A stretch of 63,179 bases of DNA, counting the filler, from Licmophora abbreviata (Eukaryota): NCBI GenBank assembly GCA_900291995.1. It is 19 parts of 19 records of this genome, joined end to end, with 100 filler letters (N's around TTAATTAATTAA, not from the genome) between each part and the next. Parts side by side here need not be neighbours in the genome. Positions count along the whole stretch, not along the records: positions 1 to 2,479 come from OLMU01002792.1; positions 2,580 to 10,200 come from OLMU01002793.1; 17 more parts are not named here. The stretch is one strand, 5' to 3'. Every line of letters begins with the position of its first letter. The first letter of the stretch is position 1. Position numbers and translations under genes: made by a program. Shown here in pieces: positions 1-8,925 of this stretch. The notes below the pieces were generated by a model. That model was not told where the DNA came from. It ran no database searches and saw nothing but the letters and a program-made list of their open reading frames with translations.

Positions 1-2
1 TG

Positions 3-521
3 CGCCTGATCGGCCCCAACTGCGCCGGGATCATCACCCCCGGTCAGGCCTTCGCAGGCCTGATGCCGCCGCATATCTACATGCCGGGGCGCGTGGGCAT
101 CGTCGGACGCTCGGGCACCTTGGGCTACGAGGCCGCAAGCCAGATGAAGTCCAAGGGCATCGGCGTGTCGTCCTCCATCGGCATCGGCGGTGACCCGATC
201 AACGGCTCGAGCTTTCGCGACATCCTCGAGCTGTTCGAGGCCGACCCCGACACCGACGCCGTCGTGATGGTCGGCGAGATCGGCGGCCCGCAAGAGGCCG
301 AAGCCGCCGAATATATCGAAACCCACATGACCAAACCTGTTGCCGCCTATGTCGCCGGTCTCTCGGCCCCCAAGGGACGGCGCATGGGCCATGCCGGCGC
401 GATCGTCTCGGCCTTCGGCGAATCGGCTCAGGAAAAGGTCGAGATCCTCAAAAGCTCCGGCGTGACCATCGTACCCACCCCTTCGGCCTTCGGCGAAACC
501 GTGGCGAAGATGCTGCACTGA
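3..521 (+). CDS. mtkB: CoA-ligase alpha subunit, most likely malate thiokinase (malate-CoA ligase) small subunit; 5' end outside window
   Basis: Frame open from base 3: GPNCAGIITPG...HIYMPG..RSGTLGYEAASQM..GIGGDPINGSSF..GRRMGHAGA (phospho-His loop). TLGYEAA-QM and DPINGSSF match MtkB as I recall it; SucD usually has TLTYEAV-QT. Adjacent to methylamine genes. Confidence 0.72.
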   Translation, partial: RLIGPNCAGIITPGQAFAGLMPPHIYMPGRVGIVGRSGTLGYEAASQMKSKGIGVSSSIGIGGDPINGSSFRDILELFEADPDTDAVVMVGEIGGPQEAEAAEYIETHMTKPVAAYVAGLSAPKGRRMGHAGAIVSAFGESAQEKVEILKSSGVTIVPTPSAFGETVAKMLH

Positions 522-529
522 TCGCAAAC

Positions 530-606
530 GCCGCGCCGCGCGCCCCTGATCGCGCGGCGCGGCCCTGACTGCGGCGCGGGCGGCTTCATCCCCCCGCGCC
601 GTTTTG
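530..606 (+). terminator. GC-rich hairpins / intrinsic terminator after mtkB
   Basis: 13-bp stem 530-542/551-563, then CGGCGCGGG...CCCGCGCCG followed by TTTT, between convergent genes. Confidence 0.55.
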
Positions 607-623
607 TCCGCCAATGTAGACTT

Positions 624-750
624 GGGGGCTCTGCCCCCGCCGTTGAAATCCTTGGGGGATTTCAACGACTCCCCCGGGATATTTCCGGCCAGAAGAAACG
701 CGCGCGCAGGCCCTCTTTCATCGTTCCCCAAATACTCCCGCCGGAGGCAT
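624..750. repeat. REP/MITE-like palindromic element (family A): one full copy plus an inverted half copy
   Basis: GGGGGC..GCCCCCGCCG-TTGAAATCC..GGATTTCAA-CGACTCCCCCGGGATATTT..GAAGAAA; close copy at 27622-27705; inverted end TTTCATCGTTCCCCAAATACTCCC at 716-739. Confidence 0.75.
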
Positions 751-780
751 CCGCCCCCAGCGAAAGGCGCCGGCGCCTGA

Positions 781-2097
781 TCAGATGTCGAGCGTGTTGT
801 CCTTTTCCCAGCGGCTGAAATGCGACACGAAGGAATTCCATTCCTTCATCTTCATGTTGATGAAGGCTTTCGAGAACTCCTCGCCCATCGCCGCCTTGAG
901 CACCTTGTCGCGGTCATAGGCGCGCAGCGCATCGAGCATGTTGAGCGGCAGGCGCGGCGCGCCCTTCACCTTGTGGCCCTCGGCATACATGTCGATCTCG
1001 TAGCGCTTGCCGGGATCGGCCTTGGTGCGCACCCCATCGAGCCCCGCCGCCAGCGTGACCGCCTGCAGAAGATAGGGGTTGGCCGCGCCATCTGGCAGGC
1101 GCAATTCGAACCGGCCGGGGCCGGGGACACGCACCATATGGGTGCGGTTGTTCGAGGTCCAGGTCACCGTGTTGGGCGCCCATGTCGCCCCCGAACTGGT
1201 GCGCGGCGCATTGATCCGCTTGTAGCTGTTGACCGTGGGGTTGGTGATCGCCGCCATGCCGGTCGCGTGTTTCATGATCCCGCCCAGGAAGTGCCGCCCC
1301 TGATCCGACAGGCCCAGCTCCTTGCTGTTGTCGGCGAAGACATTGACCTTCGACGCCGCCCCCGGCGCATCCCAGACCGAGATATGCAGATGCGCGCCGT
1401 TGCCGGTCAGACCCTCGATCGGCTTGGGCATGAAGGTGGCGCGGAAGCCGTGCTTCTCGGCGATCGACTTGGTCATGAACTTGAAGAACGAGTGCCGGTC
1501 GGCGGTCACCAGAACGTCGTCGAATTCCCAGTTCATCTCGAACTGGCCGTTGGCGTCCTCGTGGTCGTTCTGGTAGGGGCCCCAGCCCAGCTCCAACATG
1601 TAGTCGCAGATCTCGCGCACCACGTCATAGCGCCGCATCACCGCCTGCTGGTCATAGCAGGGCTTTTCGGCCGTGTCATAGGGATCGCTCAGCGCGTTGC
1701 CATCGGGGGTGAGCAGGAAATACTCGGCCTCGACGCCGGTCTTGACATGCATCCCCTCAGCGGCCGCATCCTCGATCAGGCGGCGCAGCACGTTGCGCGG
1801 GGCTTGCGCCACATCCTCGCCTTCCATGATCGGGTTGGCCGCGACCCAGGCCACCTCGCGCTTCCACGGCAGCTGGATCACGCTGTCGGGATCGGGCACC
1901 GCCAGCATGTCGGGATGCGCCGGCGTCATGTCGAGCCATGTGGCAAAGCCCGCAAAGCCTGCGCCATCGGCCTGCATGTCGGCGATCGCCTGTGCCGGCA
2001 CCAGCTTGGCGCGCTGGCCCCCGAAGAGGTCGGTGAACGAGATCATGAAATACTTGACGCCGTTTTCGGCGGCATAGGCGGCCAGATCCTTCGTCAT
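781..2097 (-). CDS. gmaS: gamma-glutamylmethylamide synthetase (glutamine synthetase-like, GlnT type)
   Basis: 438 aa GS-fold motifs (DHEDANGQFE, TFMPKP, GNGAHLHIS, RFELR); N-terminus FTDLFGGQRAKLVP; last gene after mgsABC. Confidence 0.88.
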   Translation of the reverse strand: MTKDLAAYAAENGVKYFMISFTDLFGGQRAKLVPAQAIADMQADGAGFAGFATWLDMTPAHPDMLAVPDPDSVIQLPWKREVAWVAANPIMEGEDVAQAPRNVLRRLIEDAAAEGMHVKTGVEAEYFLLTPDGNALSDPYDTAEKPCYDQQAVMRRYDVVREICDYMLELGWGPYQNDHEDANGQFEMNWEFDDVLVTADRHSFFKFMTKSIAEKHGFRATFMPKPIEGLTGNGAHLHISVWDAPGAASKVNVFADNSKELGLSDQGRHFLGGIMKHATGMAAITNPTVNSYKRINAPRTSSGATWAPNTVTWTSNNRTHMVRVPGPGRFELRLPDGAANPYLLQAVTLAAGLDGVRTKADPGKRYEIDMYAEGHKVKGAPRLPLNMLDALRAYDRDKVLKAAMGEEFSKAFINMKMKEWNSFVSHFSRWEKDNTLDI

Positions 2098-2166
2098 GGT
2101 CCTTTTTTCCTTTCCCTGTTGGCATGAAAGGGGGCGGTTGGCCCGCCCCCGATTATATCGCGATCC

Positions 2167-3360
2167 TCAGAATGTAGCGCCGGGCTTGCCCGGCCACCAG
2201 TTGGTTCCCGCCAGAGGCACCTGCGCCATCGCCGCGGCCTCGAGCGTGAGGGCCACCAGGTCCTCGGGTTCCAGATGCTGCACATGGTTCTTGCCACAGG
2301 CCCGCGCCAGCGTCTGGCATTCCAGCGCCATCACCTTTGAGATAGTTGCGCAGCCGCCGTCCGGCCTCGACCGGATCGAGCCGCGCCGCAAGCTCGGGGT
2401 CCTGCGTCGAGATGCCCGCGGGGTCGCGCCCCTCGTGCCAGTCGTCATAGGCGCCCGCCGTGCTGCCCAGCTTTTCGTANNNNNNNNNNNNNNNNNNNNN
2501 NNNNNNNNNNNNNNNNNNNNNNNTTAATTAATTAANNNNNNNNNNNNNNNNNNNNNNNNNNNNNNNNNNNNNNNNNNNNGCATCCCGTCCAGCACGACCA
2601 CATCCGCGCCCGCCTTGACCGCCAGCGTGGTGTCAAAATAGGGCCGCGCGCCGCCGATCTTGATGTAGATCGGCTTTTCCCAGTTGGTGATCTCGCGCAG
2701 CTCGAGGATCTTGATCTCAAGATCGTCCGGCCCCGTCCAGTCGGGATGCCGGCAGGCGCTGCGCTGGTCGATCCCCTTGGGCAGGTCGCGCATTTCCGCC
2801 ACCCGGTCCGAGATCTTCTGACCCAGCAGCATGCCGCCGCCGCCGGGCTTTGCGCCCTGCCCCACGACCACCTCGATCGCATCGGCCTTGCGCAGATCGT
2901 CGGGGTTCATGCCATAGCGCGACGGCAGGTACTGATAGACCAGCGTTTTCGATTGGCCGCGCTCTTCGGGGGTCATGCCACCGTCGCCCGTGGTGGTCGA
3001 TGTGCCCGCCGCCGACGCACCCCGCCCCAGCGCTTCCTTGGCCTGCGCGCTCAACGCGCCAAAGGACATGCCCGCGATGGTGATCGGGATCGCAAGCTCG
3101 ATCGGTTTCTTGGCAAAGCGCGTGCCCAGCACCACATTGGTGTCACAGCGTTCGCGGTACCCCTCCAGCGGGTAGCGGCTCATCGAGGCACCCAGAAACA
3201 GCAGATCGTCGAAATGCGGCACCCGGCGCTTGGCGCCGCCACCACGGATGTCATAGATGCCGGTGGCCGCCGCACGGCGGATCTCGGCATTCACCTCCGG
3301 TGTGAAGGTGCTGGAATAGACCGGCATGGTGCGCGGCACATGTTTGTCGTCCTTGGCCAT
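2167..3360 (-). CDS. mgsC: N-methylglutamate synthase subunit C (FMN-binding glutamate synthase family); interrupted by gap 2480-2579 and a frameshift near 2337
   Basis: GMSFGALS, TTGDGG, GQGAKPGGGG, RHPDW motifs; ATG at 3360 with GAGGAGA RBS; C-terminal piece YDDWHEGRDPAGISTQDP..NYLK / VMALECQTLARACGK. Confidence 0.85.
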
Positions 3361-3371
3361 GTCAGGTCTCC

Positions 3372-4049
3372 TCAATAGGCGTTGTCGATATCGAACGTAT
3401 AGAGCTGCCGGGCCGATCCATAGCGGCGGAACTCCTCGGGCCGGGCATCCACGCCCGCGCGCTCCAGCAGATCGCGCAAGGTCTCGAGGTGCTCGGGGCG
3501 CATCTCTTTCTCGATGCAATCCGCACCAAGGCTTTTGACCTCGCCCCGCACAAACAGCCGCGCCTCGTAGATCGAATCGCCCAGCGCGTCGCCCGCATCG
3601 CCGCAGACCACAAGATTGCCCTTCTGCGCCATGAAGGCCGACATATGGCCGACATTGCCCTGCACCACGATGTCGATCCCCTTCATCGAGATCCCGCAGC
3701 GCGAACTGGCATTGCCCTTGATGACCAGAAGTCCGCCATGCCCGGTGGCCCCGGCATATTGACTGGCGTCGCCCTCGACAAAGACGGTGCCGCTCATCAT
3801 GTTCTCGGCGACACCCGGCCCGGCACTGCCCTTCACATGGACCGTGGCCTGCTTGTTCATGCCCGCGCAGTAATACCCGGTCGAGCCCTTGACCGTCACC
3901 TCGATCGGCGCATCCAGCCCCACGGCGATGGCATGGCTGCCGCGCGGGTTGACGATCTCCCAGGCGGTCTCGTTGGTCTGCTGGCTCTGGGCCTGTAGCG
4001 TCTCGTTCAGGGCGCGCAGCCCTTGAGCTTCAAGATCGAATGTCTGCAT
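3372..4049 (-). CDS. mgsB: N-methylglutamate synthase subunit B (GXGXG beta-helix, GltB C-terminal/FwdC-like)
   Basis: Repeated G-x-x-G-x-x-x-G pattern; start MQTFDL at 4049, 1 nt after the mgsA stop. Confidence 0.85.
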   Translation of the reverse strand: MQTFDLEAQGLRALNETLQAQSQQTNETAWEIVNPRGSHAIAVGLDAPIEVTVKGSTGYYCAGMNKQATVHVKGSAGPGVAENMMSGTVFVEGDASQYAGATGHGGLLVIKGNASSRCGISMKGIDIVVQGNVGHMSAFMAQKGNLVVCGDAGDALGDSIYEARLFVRGEVKSLGADCIEKEMRPEHLETLRDLLERAGVDARPEEFRRYGSARQLYTFDIDNAY

Positions 4050-4050
4050 G

Positions 4051-4944
4051 TCAGTGCTTCCAGAAATAGACGGTTGCGGGTTCAGGCTCCCAGACGCGGG
4101 CATCTTCGATACCCGGCAGGTTGACCAGCGCGCGGTATTCGCTGCCGAAAGCCACGTATTGATCGGTCTCGGCCATCACGGCGGGCTTGCAGGCAATGGG
4201 ATCGCGCAACACGCCAAACCCGTCCTTGGTGCCCACCACGAAGGTGTAGAACCCATCCAGATCCTCCAGCCCTGATTCCAGCGCCTCGCCCAGCGAATGA
4301 CCCTGCTGCATCTTCCACGTCAGATAGGCGGCGGCCACTTCGGTGTCGTTCTCGGTCTCGACCGTCACACCCTCGCGCGCCAGCTTGCGCCGGAGCGAGT
4401 TGTGGTTGCTCAGCGACCCGTTATGCACAAGGCACTGATCCGGCCCGGTCGAGAACGGATGCGCGCCCAGCGTGGTCACAGCAGACTCGGTCGCCATCCG
4501 CGTATGGCCGATGCCGTGGCTGCCCTGCAGATGCGGGATGTCGAAGCGCTTGGCCACATCCCCCGGCAGACCCACCTCCTTGTAGATCTCGATCACCTCG
4601 CCCGCGCTCATCACCCGCGCCTCTGGGCGCAGCTCCCTGAGCGCCTCTCGCGCCGGGGCAAGTTTGTCCTCGGGCAGCTCGATCACCGCATGGGTGTCCT
4701 TGACCCTCAGCGTCACATCGCACCCCAGCGCCTGTGACAGCGCGTCATCCAGCCCTGCAAAGCGTGCCGGGTCATCCGCCTGCACCGTCAGCTTGGCAAA
4801 GCCATCCCTGTCCGTGCCATAAACCGCGATGCCCGCACTGTCCGGCCCGCGATCCGACATGGTAATCAGCATATCCGTCAGCATTTCACCCAGCTTGGGC
4901 TCAAGCGACTTGTCCTTCAAAAACAGTCCGACGATTCCGCACAT
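4051..4944 (-). CDS. mgsA: N-methylglutamate synthase subunit A (class II glutamine amidotransferase)
   Basis: MCGIVG N-terminal nucleophile, RGPDSAG, GHTRMAT, HPF, HNG, NDTE. Confidence 0.88.
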   Translation of the reverse strand: MCGIVGLFLKDKSLEPKLGEMLTDMLITMSDRGPDSAGIAVYGTDRDGFAKLTVQADDPARFAGLDDALSQALGCDVTLRVKDTHAVIELPEDKLAPAREALRELRPEARVMSAGEVIEIYKEVGLPGDVAKRFDIPHLQGSHGIGHTRMATESAVTTLGAHPFSTGPDQCLVHNGSLSNHNSLRRKLAREGVTVETENDTEVAAAYLTWKMQQGHSLGEALESGLEDLDGFYTFVVGTKDGFGVLRDPIACKPAVMAETDQYVAFGSEYRALVNLPGIEDARVWEPEPATVYFWKH

Positions 4945-5016
4945 CGACGCCTCCATGATCTTTCAGCCTGAAGGCTAGCGCCGAGTCGCTGCGATTTCAA
5001 TATAAAGAATTTATTT

Positions 5017-5060
5017 TTCCTCTGAGGAATAATTTCCCCATGTAATTTTCCACACAGGAA
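5017..5060. promoter_or_regulatory. three tandem TT(C/T)C-N5-G(G/T)AA palindromes upstream of mgsA; candidate operators
   Basis: TTCC-TCTGA-GGAA 5017-5029, TTTC-CCCAT-GTAA 5033-5045, TTCC-ACACA-GGAA 5048-5060 in an AT-rich promoter region. Confidence 0.45.
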
Positions 5061-5090
5061 CCTCTATTGACCACCGGGCGCCCGTCGCGG

Positions 5091-5723
5091 TCAGCTCCCG
5101 CCCTGAGGGTACGAAATCACCGACAGATACCGGATCGGCAACCGGATCAATTCATCCGGCCCGTGCGGCGCGTCAGCATCGAAGAACAGGCTGTCACCGG
5201 GACGCAGGTGAAAACTCTGATCGCCATGCCGGTAGCCCACTTCGCCTTCCAGAATATAAAGCAACTCCACCCCGTCATGCTGGAAGGTCGGGAACACATC
5301 CGACTCCTCGCTCAACGTGATGAGATACGGCTCCACCACCACACCCGAATTATTGGCCCCCAGATGTCCCAGCAGATTGTATTGATGCCCGGCCCGTGTG
5401 CCGGCCCTCTCGATCTCCAACGCCTCTCCCGCCTTCACATGCACCGCTTCCCGCCGCTCCTCGAAGCGCCGGAAAAACGCCGTGACCGGAACGCTCAACG
5501 CACCCGACAAGGCCTGCAGCGTGGTCAGCGACGGCGAGGTGACGCCGTTCTCGATCTTCGACAGCATCCCCACCGACAGCCCCGTCGCCTCGGCCAGATC
5601 GGCCACGGTCATGCCGCGCGCATGGCGCACCTCGCGCACCTCGCGTCCGATCGCCGTCTCCAGGTTCTTCTCTCGCGTCTCCTGCAGCTTGTGCGGGTCC
5701 TGGCTCAGCTTGGTTTGCGGCAT
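5091..5723 (-). CDS. XRE-family transcriptional regulator with C-terminal cupin domain
   Basis: HTH LAEATGLSVGMLSKIENG..PSLTTL; cupin HDGVELLYILEG..GDSLFFDADAPH; start may be 5738. Confidence 0.88.
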   Translation of the reverse strand: MPQTKLSQDPHKLQETREKNLETAIGREVREVRHARGMTVADLAEATGLSVGMLSKIENGVTSPSLTTLQALSGALSVPVTAFFRRFEERREAVHVKAGEALEIERAGTRAGHQYNLLGHLGANNSGVVVEPYLITLSEESDVFPTFQHDGVELLYILEGEVGYRHGDQSFHLRPGDSLFFDADAPHGPDELIRLPIRYLSVISYPQGGS

Positions 5724-5814
5724 CTCGTGTCTCGTCATAAACACCGCGTCCGGGCGGCGCTTCAGGATGGAAAATCCCGCCCCCGAATTCAAGCCCGCAG
5801 GCCGCTATTGGCGG

Positions 5815-5899
5815 GTTTGCGTACGGGATGGACACAATTTGCCGCTGGCAGCTCCGATTTCGTCCTGATCGCGTGTAGGTTTCGTACAATCCGTACGGA
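5815..5899. repeat. 85-bp dispersed GTAC-rich repeat (family B), copy 1
   Basis: GTTTGCGTACnnGATGGACACAATTTGC..GTAGGTTTCGTAC..CGTACGGA; the same blocks at the same spacing occur at 57883-57967. Confidence 0.7.
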
Positions 5900-6203
5900 A
5901 ATCCGCCGATTGACGCCGGTGCGACGCAATTTTGTCGCGAACCGGCATTGTATCGCTGCACGACTCCTATAAATGAGCCTCGCAACCCTGCGGAACCCCT
6001 ATGACTTCAGTCGCTTACACCCGTGTTCTCCACCTTCCGGCCCACCGCTGCGGCGGTATTGCCTGTGGCGTCACGGCCATGATCGGCAGGGATGCATGAC
6101 CCACGCCACATTTCAGCCACATTTCGCCACCACCCTTGGGGGAAAACCCCCGGCGGAAGACGCGCGCCACGCGTCTCGCCCGCCTCACAAACCGGAGCAG
6201 ACA

Positions 6204-6326
6204 ATGGCACAGACCCCGAACCAGACCGCGCGCGCAGGCAGCGCCAACCAAACCCCGACCCCGGCGCAAGCGCCTTCGGAAAAAACGATTTCCAGTAGTG
6301 TTTTCAAGGATTTCGCAAGCATTTGA
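6204..6326 (+). CDS. small protein (40 aa) ending VFKDFASI
   Basis: GGAG RBS 6 nt before the ATG; low-complexity Q/T/P/A body; hairpin/terminator follows at about 6360-6405. Confidence 0.6.
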   Translation: MAQTPNQTARAGSANQTPTPAQAPSEKTISSSVFKDFASI

Positions 6327-6430
6327 CGTGCGAATGACAGCCTGAAAATCAGACGTTCGAAAGAAGCAAGGCCGCGCACGGGATCACCGGCACGGCCCTT
6401 TCTTTAACGTCTGCGCAGGTCTCGTGGGTC

Positions 6431-6853
6431 TTACCCGACCAGTTCGAGACCCGAGAAGAAATACGCGATCTCGACCGCCGCGGTTTCCGGCGCGTCCGAC
6501 CCGTGAACCGAGTTTTCGCCCACGGATTCAGCAAATTCCGCCCGGATCGTCCCCGGCGCCGCATCCGAAGGGTTGGTCGCTCCCATCACGTCACGGTTCT
6601 TCGCAATGGCGCCTTCGCCCTCCAGAACCTGCACCACGACCGGTGCCGATGCCATGAATTCGCACAGCTCGTCATAGAACGGACGCTCTTTGTGCACGGC
6701 ATAGAACTCTCCGGCTTGCGCCTTAGTCAACTGGATGCGCTTCTGCGCCACGATGCGCAGACCCGCGTCTTCGAACTTGGCGTTGATCTTGCCGGTCAGG
6801 TTCCGGTTGGTTGCGTCGGGTTTGATGATGCTCAGCGTGCGTTCGACAGCCAT
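6431..6853 (-). CDS. ndk: nucleoside diphosphate kinase
   Basis: [28 protein letters not shown]; 140 aa. Confidence 0.97.
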   Translation of the reverse strand: MAVERTLSIIKPDATNRNLTGKINAKFEDAGLRIVAQKRIQLTKAQAGEFYAVHKERPFYDELCEFMASAPVVVQVLEGEGAIAKNRDVMGATNPSDAAPGTIRAEFAESVGENSVHGSDAPETAAVEIAYFFSGLELVG

Positions 6854-6988
6854 TTCAGCCTCTTTCTTCTGGAAAAGGGGTGCAAGCCCCTGCCCGCACC
6901 CATTGAATATCGCGGCTCCGATAGCATGGGGTCATACGATTGAAAAGCCGCGATTGACGCCCGCCGGGCTTTGCGTCACACCGCAGCC

Positions 6989-8857
6989 ATGCTGCATATC
7001 GATGATATCTCCTACTCGGTCGCCGGCCGCCCCCTGATCGAGCATGCCTCGGTCTCGATCCCCGATGGCCACAAGGTCGGCATCGTGGGCCGCAATGGCA
7101 CGGGCAAAACCACGCTGTTCCGCCTGATCCGGGGCGAACTGGCGCTTGAAACCGGGCAAATCAGCCTGCCCTCCCGCGCCCGCATCGGCGGCGTCTCTCA
7201 GGAGGTGCCGGGCATTTCGATCTCGCTCATCGACACGGTTCTGGCCGCCGACACCGAACGCGCCGCCCTGCTGGCCGAGGCCGACACCGCCACCGACGGC
7301 GCCCGCATCGCCGAGATCCAGATGCGCCTTGCCGATATCGACGCCTGGTCCGCCGAGGCCCGTGCCGCCTCGATTCTCAAGGGGCTTGGCTTCACCGATG
7401 ACGAACAGGCCCAGCCCTGCAGCGCCTTTTCGGGCGGGTGGCGGATGCGCGTGGCGCTGGCGGCGGTGCTGTTTTCCGCCCCCGACCTGCTGCTCCTCGA
7501 CGAGCCGACAAACTATCTCGATCTCGAAGGCGCGCTCTGGCTCGAAACCTATCTGGCGCGCTATCCGCATACCGTGCTGGTCATCAGCCATGATCGCGGG
7601 CTGTTGAACCGTGCCGTTGGCGCGATCCTGCATCTCGAGGACCGCAAGCTCACGCTTTATCAGGGCGGCTATGACCGCTTCGCGGAAACCCGTGCCGCCC
7701 GCCTTGCCGCCGCGGAATCAGAAGCCAAGAAACAAGAGACCCGCCGCGCCCATCTGCAATCCTATGTCGATCGGTTCCGCTACAAGGCCGACAAGGCGAA
7801 ACAGGCCCAGGCCCGCATCAAGGCGCTGGCCCGGATGCAGCCCATCACCCGCCCGCAAGAAGCCGCACTGCGCCGCTTCACCTTTCCCGAACCCGAAGCC
7901 CTGTCGCCCCCCATCCTGCGGCTCGACGGCGCCTCGGTGGGCTATGACGGCAAAGCGGTGCTGTCGCGGCTCGACCTGCGCATAGACCAGGATGACCGCA
8001 TCGCCCTTCTGGGCCGCAACGGCGAAGGAAAATCCACGCTTTCCAAGCTCTTGGCAGACAAACTTGATCCTATGAGCGGACAGATGCACGCCTCCTCCAA
8101 GCTGCGTGTGGGCTATTTCGCCCAGCATCAGGTCGAAGAGCTGCATCTCGATGAAACACCGATCGACCATATCCGCCGCCTGCGCCCGACCGAGCCGCCC
8201 GCCAAGCTGCGCGCCCGCCTGGGCGGCTTCGGCATCGGCGCCGAACAGGCCGACACGCTGGTCGGCAAACTCTCCGGCGGCCAGAAGGCCCGCCTGAGCC
8301 TGATGCTGGCCACGATCGACGCGCCGCACATGCTGATCCTCGACGAGCCGACCAACCACCTCGACATTGAAAGCCGCGAGGCTCTGGTCGAGGCGCTGAC
8401 CGCCTATAGCGGCGCGGTGATCCTTGTGAGCCACGACATGCATCTGCTCAGCCTCGTGGCGGACCGGCTCTGGCTGGTCAAGAACGGGCATGTGGCGCCC
8501 TATGACGGCGATCTCGACAGCTACCGTTCGATGCTGCTGCAGGGCGATGCCCCGCCACGGCCCTCGGATGCGTCCAAACCCGATGCGCCCAAACCCGCCG
8601 CGCCCAAACGCCCTGCGCGCGATGCGCTTCTGGCGCTGCGCGCCGAGGTGCGCAAATGCGAAGAGCGCGTGGAAAAGCTGAACGACATGCGCGACCGGAT
8701 CGCGCGAAAACTGGCGCATCCCGACATGTATCACGACACCCGCATCCAGGAAGCTGCCGAATGGCAGAAGAAATATGCCGAAGTCATCGACGGGCTCGAG
8801 CGCGCCGAAACCCTGTGGATCGCCGCCCTCGAACGTCTGGAACAGGCCGGCGGCTAG
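6989..8857 (+). CDS. ABC-F family ATPase (YheS-like)
   Basis: Two NBDs (GRNGTGKT, FSGGWRMR, LDEPTN; GRNGEGKS, LSGGQKAR), no TM segments, C-terminal coiled coil. Confidence 0.92.
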   Translation: MLHIDDISYSVAGRPLIEHASVSIPDGHKVGIVGRNGTGKTTLFRLIRGELALETGQISLPSRARIGGVSQEVPGISISLIDTVLAADTERAALLAEADTATDGARIAEIQMRLADIDAWSAEARAASILKGLGFTDDEQAQPCSAFSGGWRMRVALAAVLFSAPDLLLLDEPTNYLDLEGALWLETYLARYPHTVLVISHDRGLLNRAVGAILHLEDRKLTLYQGGYDRFAETRAARLAAAESEAKKQETRRAHLQSYVDRFRYKADKAKQAQARIKALARMQPITRPQEAALRRFTFPEPEALSPPILRLDGASVGYDGKAVLSRLDLRIDQDDRIALLGRNGEGKSTLSKLLADKLDPMSGQMHASSKLRVGYFAQHQVEELHLDETPIDHIRRLRPTEPPAKLRARLGGFGIGAEQADTLVGKLSGGQKARLSLMLATIDAPHMLILDEPTNHLDIESREALVEALTAYSGAVILVSHDMHLLSLVADRLWLVKNGHVAPYDGDLDSYRSMLLQGDAPPRPSDASKPDAPKPAAPKRPARDALLALRAEVRKCEERVEKLNDMRDRIARKLAHPDMYHDTRIQEAAEWQKKYAEVIDGLERAETLWIAALERLEQAGG

Positions 8858-8925
8858 CGCCCTGCTGCCCGCGCCCTCGCGCCCATCTTCCAGAACGCGC
8901 CCCGATACGCTAGACCAAGACCCGT

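Noticed and set aside
63..521. Call as sucD
   Set aside because: Diagnostic segments and the C1 context fit mtkB better, though this is not proven without a tree
820..2127. Long antisense ORFs (e.g. 820-2127, 10510-12333, 23405-24802, 30502-31956, 33329-34801, 38371-39831)
   Set aside because: Shadows of real genes in high-GC DNA; no motifs or RBS
2524..2535. Recurrent TTAATTAATTAA as a biological repeat or CtrA site
   Set aside because: Always centred in N-runs of fixed length; it is an assembly linker with stops in all frames
781..4944. Call as ordinary glutamine synthetase and glutamate synthase
   Set aside because: The split three-subunit layout plus the GlnT-type enzyme is the gmaS/mgsABC arrangement
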